Below, piece by piece: positions 54,493 to 62,594 of a DNA stretch of 64,000 nucleotides. The DNA comes from Oscillospiraceae bacterium (GTDB lineage: Bacteria; Bacillota; Clostridia; Oscillospirales; CAG-272), in contig SVTJ01000014.1 of assembly GCA_015063845.1 (NCBI GenBank), positions 400-64,399 on the forward strand. Direction: 5' to 3'. The position numbers and the translations under genes were made by a program. Position 1 is the stretch's first letter. Each line of letters starts with the position of its first letter. The notes under the pieces are model-generated. The model worked only from the letters and a program-made list of their open reading frames with translations, was not told the origin of the DNA and searched no databases.

Positions 54493-55221
54493 ATGAGTGA
54501 AATACGTGAGCAGATGTCAGAGGACATTCTTAACGAGGAAACAATAGAAAAGATAGTCAGCAAAAACAGCTTCCGTCCCGAGGTGTCCTCGGCGGTAATA
54601 AAGCGCTTGCCGAGATATTTCAGATACCTGCGCGAGCTCATAAGGATGGGCAAGACCCGTGTCAGCTCGGCAGAGCTCTCCCGTATGATGAACGTTACGG
54701 CATCGCAGATAAGACAGGACCTTAACTGCTTTGGCGGCTTCGGTCAGCAGGGATACGGATATAACGTTAACTATCTTTATACAAAAATATGCGAGATACT
54801 CGGAGTCGGTTGCGGCTTCCGCGCGGCTGTTATAGGCGCGGGAAATCTCGGAACGGCTCTCGTTCGCAGCCCTATGTTTGAAAAGAGAGGCGTTGACGTA
54901 GTCGCTTTGTTCGACGTTTCCGCTCAGGTGGTGGGCAAGAAGCTCGGTGATATAGGTATATATCATATGGATGAGCTTGAGAAAAAGCTTGATGAATTCG
55001 GTGTTAATATCGTAATACTTACTATGCCCAAGGAGTACGCTACCGAGGTCGCGCTCAGACTTGACAAGACGGGCATAGGCGGAGTTTGGAATTTCACGGG
55101 AAAGGAGATAAGCTTCGCGTCGGAAAATATCGTTGTTGAGAACGTACATATCGGCGACTCGCTGATGTCCCTCTGCTACGAGGTGGCAAAGAACACTTAC
55201 AGGACCGACGTCAAGGACTGA
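54493..55221 (+). CDS. rex: Redox-sensing transcriptional repressor Rex
   Basis: RLPRYFRYLREL, SSAELSRMMNVTASQIRQDLNCFGGFGQQGYGYNV and the Rossmann motif GAGNLGTAL. Confidence 0.9.
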   Translation: MSEIREQMSEDILNEETIEKIVSKNSFRPEVSSAVIKRLPRYFRYLRELIRMGKTRVSSAELSRMMNVTASQIRQDLNCFGGFGQQGYGYNVNYLYTKICEILGVGCGFRAAVIGAGNLGTALVRSPMFEKRGVDVVALFDVSAQVVGKKLGDIGIYHMDELEKKLDEFGVNIVILTMPKEYATEVALRLDKTGIGGVWNFTGKEISFASENIVVENVHIGDSLMSLCYEVAKNTYRTDVKD

Positions 55222-55222
55222 C

Positions 55223-56221
55223 ATGGGAAAGATAACTAAGGTTTATATAGATAAAGGACTGAGCGCTGAGCGCGCGCAGTCTATATCTGAGGCGGAGGAG
55301 AACGATCTTCGCGTGCTCGCGGCTCTTTGCCTTGTCGCTGACGGAGAGGGAATAGCAAATCTCGCGGACGCGGAGGCTATGCTCGAGCTTGACGGCTCGG
55401 AGTTTAGCGGAGCGGTGAAGTTCTGGAGAGGAGCGGGTGTGCTCAAGAGTGCGAAGAGCGCGAAGGAGAGCGAAGCTCTTGGTTCTGTTGCCGCGGTGCA
55501 GACCGCTCATAAGGACGGCGCAGTCGCTCGCGCGGTGAGCATAGAGGCGTATTCCAACGACGAGCTTGCGGCGGTGCTTGAAAGCAGAGTCAGCACGGCG
55601 TTCGTTGACGAGGCGCAAAAGGTGCTTGGCAGAATATTCAACAAGAACGAGGTGTCAAAGCTTGTAGGACTTGTTGACCAGCTTGGCTTTGAGGAGGAGG
55701 CGGTGCTCGCTATTCTCGCATACAGCGTGCGTCTGGAGAAGAAAAGCGTGTCGTATGCGGAAAAGATCGCGCTGACCTTTTATGATGAGGATATCTCCAC
55801 AACTGCGGCAGTGCACGCGCATATAGACTATCTTGAAAGACAAAACAGCACGGTGGGAAAGATACAGAGCCTTTTCGGCTTTGGTTCGAGACGCCTGTCG
55901 GCAAATGAGAAAAAGTATTTTATCAGCTGGACCGAGGACTGGGGATTTGACATCGAGGTCATAAAGCTGGCGTACGACATAACCGTGGACGCTATCCAAG
56001 AGCCTGTTCCGAGGTACACCAATACCATACTTAAGAAGTGGTATGAGAGCGGACTTAGCACTCCTGCCGAGGTGAGAGCCTTTGTCGAGGAAGAAGCTCA
56101 GAGCAGAAGGGCAACTGCGGCATCGCGCACGCAAAAGCCGAAAAAGGGAAGCGTGGAGAGAAACGACGAGGTCGAGGATTGGTTTGAGCAAAGACTTCGC
56201 CAAAGCTTCGGAGAACAATAA
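55223..56221 (+). CDS. DnaD-domain replication initiation/primosome protein
   Basis: Starts 1 nt after the rex stop. DnaD-domain block LSANEKKYFISWTEDWGFDIEVIKLAYDITV...YTNTILKKWYESGLSTPAEV. Confidence 0.8.
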   Translation: MGKITKVYIDKGLSAERAQSISEAEENDLRVLAALCLVADGEGIANLADAEAMLELDGSEFSGAVKFWRGAGVLKSAKSAKESEALGSVAAVQTAHKDGAVARAVSIEAYSNDELAAVLESRVSTAFVDEAQKVLGRIFNKNEVSKLVGLVDQLGFEEEAVLAILAYSVRLEKKSVSYAEKIALTFYDEDISTTAAVHAHIDYLERQNSTVGKIQSLFGFGSRRLSANEKKYFISWTEDWGFDIEVIKLAYDITVDAIQEPVPRYTNTILKKWYESGLSTPAEVRAFVEEEAQSRRATAASRTQKPKKGSVERNDEVEDWFEQRLRQSFGEQ

Positions 56222-56239
56222 CGGAGGACATTTGCGAAA

Positions 56240-57211
56240 ATGGGATTTAATGCAGAGGATTATAAGCGCATAAGAGAAGAGTATGCGGACAAGTATAAAA
56301 AAGACCAGCTTGCGGCGGACGTGCGCACTATGGAGATACACGCGCAGCTGCCCGAGGTCTTGGAGATCGACAGAACTCTTTCGCATACCGCGCTTGATAT
56401 AATGGCAGTTATACGCTCGGGCAATACCGAGGCGGGTATTCGCGCACTCGAAAAGAGAAACGGAGAGCTTCTCGCGAAAAGAGCGGAGCTTCTCATAGCG
56501 GCGGGATATCCCGAGGATTATACCGATGTGCACTATGAATGCGATAAGTGTAAGGATAGCGGATTTGGCGAGGATATGACTATGTGTGAGTGCATGAGAA
56601 GAGCTCTTGCGCTTGCGGGATATCAGTCGTCGGGACTTGGCGCGCTTATCGGCAAGCAGACATTTGATAATTTTGAGTATAAGTATTATCCTGCCGAAAT
56701 GCTGAAGTCGACGAAAAAGGCGGTCGATATGCTTAAGAGCTTCGCAGAGACTTTTGATAAGGATACTTATAAAAACTTTATTATGACGGGAACACCGGGG
56801 CTTGGAAAAACGCATCTTTCCACCGCCGTCGCTCAGAAGGTCATAGATAGGGGCTTTGACGTGCTGTACGTCAGCGCGGTAAGTATGATGAATGACTTTG
56901 AGCAAAAGCGCTTTGGAAGCGGAACGGGACTTGCTCCTCTGAACGATACGTCAAGATATCAGTCGTGCGACCTGCTTATTATCGACGATCTTGGTACTGA
57001 GGTCGTGAATAAGTTTACTCAGGCGTATTTCTATGAAGTTATAAATATGCGTATGAACCTGCGCAAGTGCACTATGATAAACACCAACCTTACCTTCAGT
57101 GAATTACAGTCGCTTTACAGCGAGCGTGTTTCCAGCCGAATACTCGGCGAGTATCAGCCCCTGCTCCTTAAAGGCGTTGATATCAGAAAGCAAAAGAGTA
57201 TAAATAATTAA
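56240..57211 (+). CDS. DnaI/DnaC-like helicase loader (AAA+)
   Basis: Zn-ribbon-like CDKCKDSGF...CEC, Walker A GTPGLGKTHL, Walker B LLIIDDLGTE. Confidence 0.85.
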   Translation: MGFNAEDYKRIREEYADKYKKDQLAADVRTMEIHAQLPEVLEIDRTLSHTALDIMAVIRSGNTEAGIRALEKRNGELLAKRAELLIAAGYPEDYTDVHYECDKCKDSGFGEDMTMCECMRRALALAGYQSSGLGALIGKQTFDNFEYKYYPAEMLKSTKKAVDMLKSFAETFDKDTYKNFIMTGTPGLGKTHLSTAVAQKVIDRGFDVLYVSAVSMMNDFEQKRFGSGTGLAPLNDTSRYQSCDLLIIDDLGTEVVNKFTQAYFYEVINMRMNLRKCTMINTNLTFSELQSLYSERVSSRILGEYQPLLLKGVDIRKQKSINN

Positions 57212-57225
57212 CAGTATATAATTTT

Positions 57226-57255
57226 CAGGGGAACTTCTAAAAAGAAGTTCCCCTG
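57226..57255. repeat. Family hairpin G1
   Basis: CAGGGGAACTTCT-AAAA-AGAAGTTCCCCTG then AAAATTTTTG. 15 nt after the dnaI-like stop. Confidence 0.75.
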
Positions 57256-57270
57256 AAAATTTTTGTTGAT

Positions 57271-57416
57271 AAATTAGGATTTATCGGTGTGTTGAATTAC
57301 AATTCCGTAGGGGCGATTCACTCTTCGCCCGCCACGAGAACATAATGCTAAAAACGGGCGATTCGTGAATCGCCCCTACGATCTGTTGGATCTAACTATT
57401 CGATAAATCCTAATTT
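57271..57416. repeat. MITE-like element G (146 bp)
   Basis: TIRs AAATTAGGATTTATCGGTG (57271-57289) and CGATAAATCCTAATTT (57401-57416). Internal CCGTAGGGGCGATTCAC (57305-57321) pairs with GTGAATCGCCCCTACG (57365-57380). Confidence 0.75.
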
Positions 57417-57465
57417 ATCATTATTCATTCGGGCTCATATATTTAATTTTTACGCATTCATATGC

Positions 57466-57657
57466 AATACCCATAAAAATAAAACTCGTCGGAGATCTAT
57501 CGTCCGACGAGTTTTTTCCTTATAAGAAAACCAATAAAGTTATATCTTTTCTTACGGCTACACCAATAACAATTTAGTTTTAAAGTTCTTGAAAGGGGTG
57601 TGGGGAAAACTTCTTTCAAGAAGTTTTCCCCACAAAACCGCGTCTCCGATAAAATCG
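57466..57657. repeat. Roughly 190-bp composite module, colinear with 9196-9387
   Basis: Shared order: ATACCCATAAAA, terminator-like AAACTCGTCGG...CCGACGAGTTTTTT (57482-57517), AATAAAGTTATAT, AATAAC..TTT.GTTTTAAAGTTCTTGAA.GG, hairpin TGGGGAAAACTTCTT-TC-AAGAAGTTTTCCCCA (57601-57632), CGCGTCTCCGATAAAATCG. Confidence 0.75.
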
Positions 57658-57718
57658 TTTTGCATATCAACAACTATTAAGATCTTTGCCATGATTTGCT
57701 ACTTCTGCTTTTATAGAG

Positions 57719-58345
57719 TTATATTTCACGTTTTTTATAAAGCACTATCGACATATACCAGGACAGCGCGTATATTCCTATTCCGACAAGGCATATTATC
57801 GGTAAGATGCCGTTGGGTCTGATAGTCGCCTGAAGCTTAGAGGATAAGAGGGACGAGGATAATACGCTTCCAGCGCAAACCATACCTATCATAAAATAAT
57901 AAGCTATCCTGCCTTTTTCAACTCCAAATCTAAACATAAACGGCAGACATATAGAGGAAGATACCGAGGATAAAATAAGCAACAGCATCATGAGAACAAG
58001 AAACTCGCTGAGCACGAAGCTGCCGTAGATGTTCATTCGTATTACCTGAGCGATACCCACAAGTAGGATCACAGCGATCTGCATAAAGAGACCTATCAAA
58101 TACTTGCCGCTGACTATCTGTGCTTTTGTATACGGCATCGTTTGGCTGTATTGCAGCCATTTGCTGTGTTCGTCGTAGCTTATCAGAGTGACGGGGACCA
58201 TACCGCACAGCATACACGGGTAGAATATAAAAAGCAGATTTGAAGTATTAAGAAAAGATATGCCTATAAAGAAGATCGCAACAATAAAAGTAAATCTGCA
58301 ATATTTTCGCATCATATAAAGGTCTTTTAAAAGAAGTCCTTTCAT
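57719..58345 (-). CDS. ABC-2-type membrane permease
   Basis: Six hydrophobic helices. ATG 58345 is 1 nt after the ATPase stop. Confidence 0.7.
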   Translation of the reverse strand: MKGLLLKDLYMMRKYCRFTFIVAIFFIGISFLNTSNLLFIFYPCMLCGMVPVTLISYDEHSKWLQYSQTMPYTKAQIVSGKYLIGLFMQIAVILLVGIAQVIRMNIYGSFVLSEFLVLMMLLLILSSVSSSICLPFMFRFGVEKGRIAYYFMIGMVCAGSVLSSSLLSSKLQATIRPNGILPIICLVGIGIYALSWYMSIVLYKKREI

Positions 58346-58346
58346 A

Positions 58347-59183
58347 TCAGTTTGCCTCCTTTACCATAAATACGAACAGCTCCTCGATGCTGATGGGGCT
58401 AAGCTTGAAGCCGTCGGGTGCGTCCTTTCGCGAGATGATGACCTCGGCTCCGTAGGGCGTTTCTTTTTTGTACTTGATATCTTTCATTTCGGACAGCTGC
58501 TCCACTGTGCAGTGAATGATGCCGTACTCAGATAGCAGCGCGTCTTTTTCCTCGCATATCAAAAGCTTGCCCTTGTGCAAAAAAGCAATGTAATCGCAAA
58601 GCTTTTCAAGGTCGCTGACGATGTGAGAGGAAATGAGGATGGAGTGATCCTCGTCTCGCGTGAACTCGTAGAACATATCCACTACTTCGTCGCGCACAAC
58701 GGGATCAAGTCCGCTTGTCGGCTCGTCAAGCAGTAAAAGCTTCGCGCCGTGCGACATAGCAACAGCAATGCCGAGCTTCATCTTCATACCGCGGGAGAAG
58801 TCCTTAAACGGCTTGTCATCGGGAAGTGAAAGCTTTTTTAAAAGACGGGCGTACTCCTCGCCGTCCCAGTTGCGAAAGGTATGCTTCATTATCTTGCCTA
58901 CCTGCTTTGCGTTGAGGCATTCGGGAATACCTATGTCGTCCATCACCACGCCGATATCTTCTTTGATAAGTGAGATATCCTTTCCGTTGTCACGACCGAG
59001 TATAGTTACCGTTCCGCCGTCCTTATGAAGAATGTCAAGGATCAGCTTGATAGTGGTGCTCTTGCCTGCGCCGTTCTCGCCTATAAGTCCCATAATACAG
59101 CCGCTTGGAAGAGTGAGATCTATGTTGTCCAAGCAAAATCCCGAAAAAGATCTCTTCAGCTTTTTAATTTCAAGTGCGTTCAT
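58347..59183 (-). CDS. ABC transporter ATP-binding protein
   Basis: Start at ATG 59183, overlapping the GntR stop (ATGA). GENGAGKST, FSRGMKMKL, LLLLDEPTSGLD. Confidence 0.9.
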   Translation of the reverse strand: MNALEIKKLKRSFSGFCLDNIDLTLPSGCIMGLIGENGAGKSTTIKLILDILHKDGGTVTILGRDNGKDISLIKEDIGVVMDDIGIPECLNAKQVGKIMKHTFRNWDGEEYARLLKKLSLPDDKPFKDFSRGMKMKLGIAVAMSHGAKLLLLDEPTSGLDPVVRDEVVDMFYEFTRDEDHSILISSHIVSDLEKLCDYIAFLHKGKLLICEEKDALLSEYGIIHCTVEQLSEMKDIKYKKETPYGAEVIISRKDAPDGFKLSPISIEELFVFMVKEAN

Positions 59184-59557
59184 TGTTGTTCCTCCATACA
59201 AAATGTGACCATTTCGATAAGCTCGTCCTTCCCGAGATTGCAGGACACAGCGAGCTTTGCTATCTGCTCGATGTGATCCTCTATCTTTTTGAGATTCTCC
59301 TCGCGCAAAAGCTCCACGTTTTTCGGCGCAACGTAACAGCCTTTTGCGGGAAGGGTGTATATGAAGCCTTCCTTTTCAAGCTCTTCGTACGCGCGCTTGG
59401 TCGTGATAAAGCTGATACGCAGATCCTTTGCGAGCCCACGAATGGACGGAAGCATCTCGTCTTCCTTGAGCGCTCCGCTTATTATCTGGTCTTTTATCTG
59501 CGAATAGATCTGGTTGTAGATAGGTTCACCGCTTTTATTGTCAATTAAAATGTTCAC
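59180..59557 (-). CDS. GntR-family transcriptional regulator, short YtrA subfamily
   Basis: GTG start at 59557 (GAGGTGATG RBS). 125 aa. HTH block LPSIRGLAKDLRISFITTKRAYEELEKEGFIYTLPAKGCYV. Confidence 0.85.
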   Translation of the reverse strand: MNILIDNKSGEPIYNQIYSQIKDQIISGALKEDEMLPSIRGLAKDLRISFITTKRAYEELEKEGFIYTLPAKGCYVAPKNVELLREENLKKIEDHIEQIAKLAVSCNLGKDELIEMVTFCMEEQQ

Positions 59558-59577
59558 GTCATCACCTCTGTTATAAC

Positions 59578-59596
59578 TGTATATTTACATTATACA
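59578..59596. promoter_or_regulatory. Putative GntR/YtrA operator TGTATA-N7-TATACA
   Basis: TGTATATTTACATTATACA has perfectly inverted 6-nt arms and overlaps the -10 of the minus-strand promoter. Confidence 0.45.
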
Positions 59597-59617
59597 CAGT
59601 TGCGGGCGTTTTGTCAA
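59589..59617 (-). promoter_or_regulatory. Consensus promoter TTGACA-17-TATAAT for the second YtrA-type operon
   Basis: On the minus strand: TTGACA (59617-59612), 17 nt, TATAAT (59594-59589). 32 nt upstream of GTG 59557. Confidence 0.65.
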
Positions 59618-59635
59618 TAGCTTTTTCTTATTTTA

Positions 59636-59676
59636 CGAAAAAAGACCCCCAAGGCACTTTGATGCCTCGAAGGTCT
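59636..59676 (-). terminator. Rho-independent terminator after the alpha/beta hydrolase gene
   Basis: On the minus strand: AGACCTTCGAGGCA-TCAAAG-TGCCTTGGGGGTCT (includes G-U pairs) followed by TTTTTT. Confidence 0.65.
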
Positions 59677-59717
59677 GTCTTTTATTTGTGATTTTAAAGC
59701 GTTGGCGTTATCGGTAG

Positions 59718-60455
59718 TCAGGACCTCATCATCTTGACGATGCTCTCAACAGTCAAGCTTATCTGCTCGGCGTTGGATATAGTCGGCGTGCCGTCGCCGT
59801 CCTGAGCGCCGTACGTACCGAAATACGCGTGGCAGCCGCCGTCTATCACTACCTCGGTAAAGCCGCTCGGGAGATTTGACTTGTTCTTGTCGTACTTTTC
59901 GCGGTTGAGCACCTTATCCTCACTGCCGTAAACGGAAATGACTTCAAGTGATGTGCCTGAGAGGTCAGATGTTGAGTACGAGCCGAGCAGCACCAGCCCC
60001 TTGTAGTCGCTCGCGTGGCTTTCAAGATAGGACGCAGCCATAGAGCCGCCGAGAGAGTGCCCGCCTATGTACCAATCCTTGACGGAGGGATATTGCTCCT
60101 TTATGCCGTCCGCCGCGTTAATGTCGAACACCGCGAGATTGAACGGCATCTCTACGAGCACGCAGAGAACACCCTCTTTTGCAAGAGATGCCATGAGCGG
60201 CTTGTATGCGTCGTTTTCGACCTTTCCGCCGGGGTAGAAAATAAAACCGACGCTCGCGTTCTCGGGCTCGAACACGATGCTCCCGTCGTTAAGCGTACGG
60301 AAGGAGACTTCGTTTATGTGAGCAAACGCCGCTATCGCCTGCTCGTCGGCGCGGTAGTAGTCGCCAAAATATATGGCACACGCGCCAAATAGAAGCGCCA
60401 GCGCCGCCGCGACAGACACGGATATTATAATTATCTTTCTTTTTGCTTTTTTCAT
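59718..60455 (-). CDS. Alpha/beta hydrolase with N-terminal membrane anchor
   Basis: Start at ATG 60455 (MKKAKRKIIIISVSVAAALALLFG...). Nucleophile elbow GGHSLGG. Confidence 0.8.
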   Translation of the reverse strand: MKKAKRKIIIISVSVAAALALLFGACAIYFGDYYRADEQAIAAFAHINEVSFRTLNDGSIVFEPENASVGFIFYPGGKVENDAYKPLMASLAKEGVLCVLVEMPFNLAVFDINAADGIKEQYPSVKDWYIGGHSLGGSMAASYLESHASDYKGLVLLGSYSTSDLSGTSLEVISVYGSEDKVLNREKYDKNKSNLPSGFTEVVIDGGCHAYFGTYGAQDGDGTPTISNAEQISLTVESIVKMMRS

Positions 60456-60656
60456 TTTGTTACCTTTCTTAATAGCATCTCGGTGTTTTGTATGCTTGTT
60501 TTGAGAGCAGCTTTTGCACGTTATTCTCATTATATCACAAAACAATAAAAACAGCAATGCCGTTTTTGCAATAGTTGCGATAAATTAGTGTGTACTTTTT
60601 TTAAAATTTGTGATATAATTAAACTTATAGGAAACATATATAACAAGGAAAACGGT

Positions 60657-62018
60657 ATGAATAATAAAAAAGAAATGCTCGGAACAGCTCCTATCGGAAA
60701 GCTGTTATTCAGTCTTGCGCTTCCGACGGTGGTAGCCCAGCTTATAAACATGCTTTATAACATTGTTGACCGAATCTATATCGGACACATTCATGCAGTC
60801 GGCGACCTCGCGCTTACGGGCGTGGGGGTCTGTATGCCCCTTATTATGATAGTTTCGGCGTTCGCCGCTCTTGTCAGTTCGGGCGGTGCGCCGAGAGCGT
60901 CTATATTTATGGGACAAAAGGACATTGACAGCGCGAATAGAACTCTTGGCGCTTGCTTTGGCTTGCAGATCATAGTGTCGCTTATATTGACTGTCGTTCT
61001 GCTTGTCTGGAACAGAGAGCTTTTGCTTGCGTTCGGAGCGAGCGAAAATACTATAGAATATGCGAGCGAATATATGAGTATTTATGCGGTCGGTACGGTC
61101 TTTGTGCAGCTGACGCTCGGAATGAACGCCTTTATCACCGCGCAGGGCTTTACAAAAGTATCTATGGTGTCAGTAATAGTGGGAGCGGTGACTAATATAA
61201 TACTTGATCCTATACTGATATACGGACTCGAAATGGGTGTTAGGGGTGCGGCGATTGCTACCGTTATCTCACAGGCACTCTCGTGCTTTTGGATAATATC
61301 TTTTTTGCGTAGTAAGCGAAGCATTCTGCGACTTGAACCAAAGAATTTTATACCGTATCCAAAGATAGTTTTGCCTTGCATAGCGTTGGGCACGGCAACG
61401 TTTATTATGCAAGCGAGCGAGAGCGTGATATCTATCTGCTTCAATTCCTCGCTGCTGAAATACGGCGGGGATATCGCCGTTGGCGCGATGACGATCCTCA
61501 CAAGTGTTATGCAGTTTGCTTTGCTCCCTTCGCAGGGAATAGCGCAAGGCGCGCAACCGATACTCAGCTTTAATTACGGCGCAAAAAATGTTGGGCGCGT
61601 AAAGCAAACGTATAAAATATTACTAAAGACTTGCCTTATATACTCGGTAACTGTTTGGGCGGCTGTGATGTTGTTCCCGAGCGCATTTGTTTCTATATTT
61701 ACACCCGATGCGCCTCTCATTGCTTTCGCATCTAAGGCGCTTCGTATATATTTTAGTGGAATGGTGTTCTTCGGAATACAGATAGCGTGCCAGATGACGT
61801 TTGTTTCTCTTGGACAGGCATTGTCGTCGGTAACGGTGGCGGTGGTCCGCAAATTTGTTTTGCTTCTCCCGCTCATCTACGTAATGCCAAGCATTATAAG
61901 TGACCGTGCGGTCGGAGTATACTTTGCCGAGCCCGTAGCGGATATCCTTGCTGTTACGTTTACAGCGATACTCTTTGCATTCCAATTCAAAAAAGCACTC
62001 AAAAAGATCGAGCTTTGA
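60657..62018 (+). CDS. MATE-family efflux transporter
   Basis: Start at ATG 60657. Typical MATE N-terminus GKLLFSLALPTVVAQLINMLYNIVDRIYIGH. 12 TM helices. Confidence 0.9.
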   Translation: MNNKKEMLGTAPIGKLLFSLALPTVVAQLINMLYNIVDRIYIGHIHAVGDLALTGVGVCMPLIMIVSAFAALVSSGGAPRASIFMGQKDIDSANRTLGACFGLQIIVSLILTVVLLVWNRELLLAFGASENTIEYASEYMSIYAVGTVFVQLTLGMNAFITAQGFTKVSMVSVIVGAVTNIILDPILIYGLEMGVRGAAIATVISQALSCFWIISFLRSKRSILRLEPKNFIPYPKIVLPCIALGTATFIMQASESVISICFNSSLLKYGGDIAVGAMTILTSVMQFALLPSQGIAQGAQPILSFNYGAKNVGRVKQTYKILLKTCLIYSVTVWAAVMLFPSAFVSIFTPDAPLIAFASKALRIYFSGMVFFGIQIACQMTFVSLGQALSSVTVAVVRKFVLLLPLIYVMPSIISDRAVGVYFAEPVADILAVTFTAILFAFQFKKALKKIEL

Positions 62019-62153
62019 TAATAAAATCCCACGGCGTTTGAAGGCTCGATTTGTTGTACGACGTACGGTCATGAAGCCGAATATAGAACGATTAGCAAGT
62101 TTATGATATAATGATCACGTAATGATAAAGAAAAACAGACGGGAGGCATCGTA

Positions 62154-62558
62154 GTGACAAAACAACAATTTCTTGAATACTGCCTTGATTCGTACGCTAC
62201 GCAGCCGGACTATCCGTTTGATGAGGATTTTGAGACGGCGGTGCTCAGACACGCGGATAACCGCAAGTGGTATGCTCTTGTTATGCGTGTTTCACGCCGC
62301 AAGTTCGGCATTGACAGCGACGAGGTCATCGATGTCGTAAACCTAAAGCTACCGACGGAGATGTTTGGCTCATTCGGCGCTTCGGACGGAGTATACCCCG
62401 CCTATCATATGAATAAGCTTCATTGGATATCGGTGCTGCTGCCCGACGCGCCCGAGGACGTGGTGGCGTTCCTCACAAACGCAAGCTTTGAGGCAACAAG
62501 ATCTAAGATAAAGCAGAGAAAAACAACTTTGACGTGTAAAAACGATATCGACAACTAA
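62154..62558 (+). CDS. MmcQ/YjbR-family protein
   Basis: GTG 62154 after GGGAGG. FLEYCLDSYATQPDYPFDEDFETAVLRHADNRKWYALVM and HMNKLHWISV blocks. Confidence 0.8.
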   Translation: MTKQQFLEYCLDSYATQPDYPFDEDFETAVLRHADNRKWYALVMRVSRRKFGIDSDEVIDVVNLKLPTEMFGSFGASDGVYPAYHMNKLHWISVLLPDAPEDVVAFLTNASFEATRSKIKQRKTTLTCKNDIDN

Positions 62559-62594
62559 GAATTCGATAAAGCAAAAGGAAAGAGGAACACATCT

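Noticed and set aside
55655-56905. A 416-aa ORF antisense to the dnaD-like and dnaI-like genes.
   Set aside because: It spans two well-supported sense genes and their junction. Its composition is Arg/Leu/Ser/His-rich with no motifs.
45048-57211. A prophage or ICE remnant, suggested by the CI-like repressor and the DnaD/DnaC-like pair.
   Set aside because: There are no integrase, excisionase, terminase, capsid, tail, relaxase or att-like repeats. The intervening genes are core housekeeping genes (mtnN, tsaD, rimI, rex). The DnaD/DnaI pair fits the chromosomal Firmicutes primosome.
6385-57657. A CRISPR-array interpretation of the recurring hairpins and repeats.
   Set aside because: The copies are kilobases apart, are not regularly spaced with unique spacers, occur in both orientations, and no cas genes are present.
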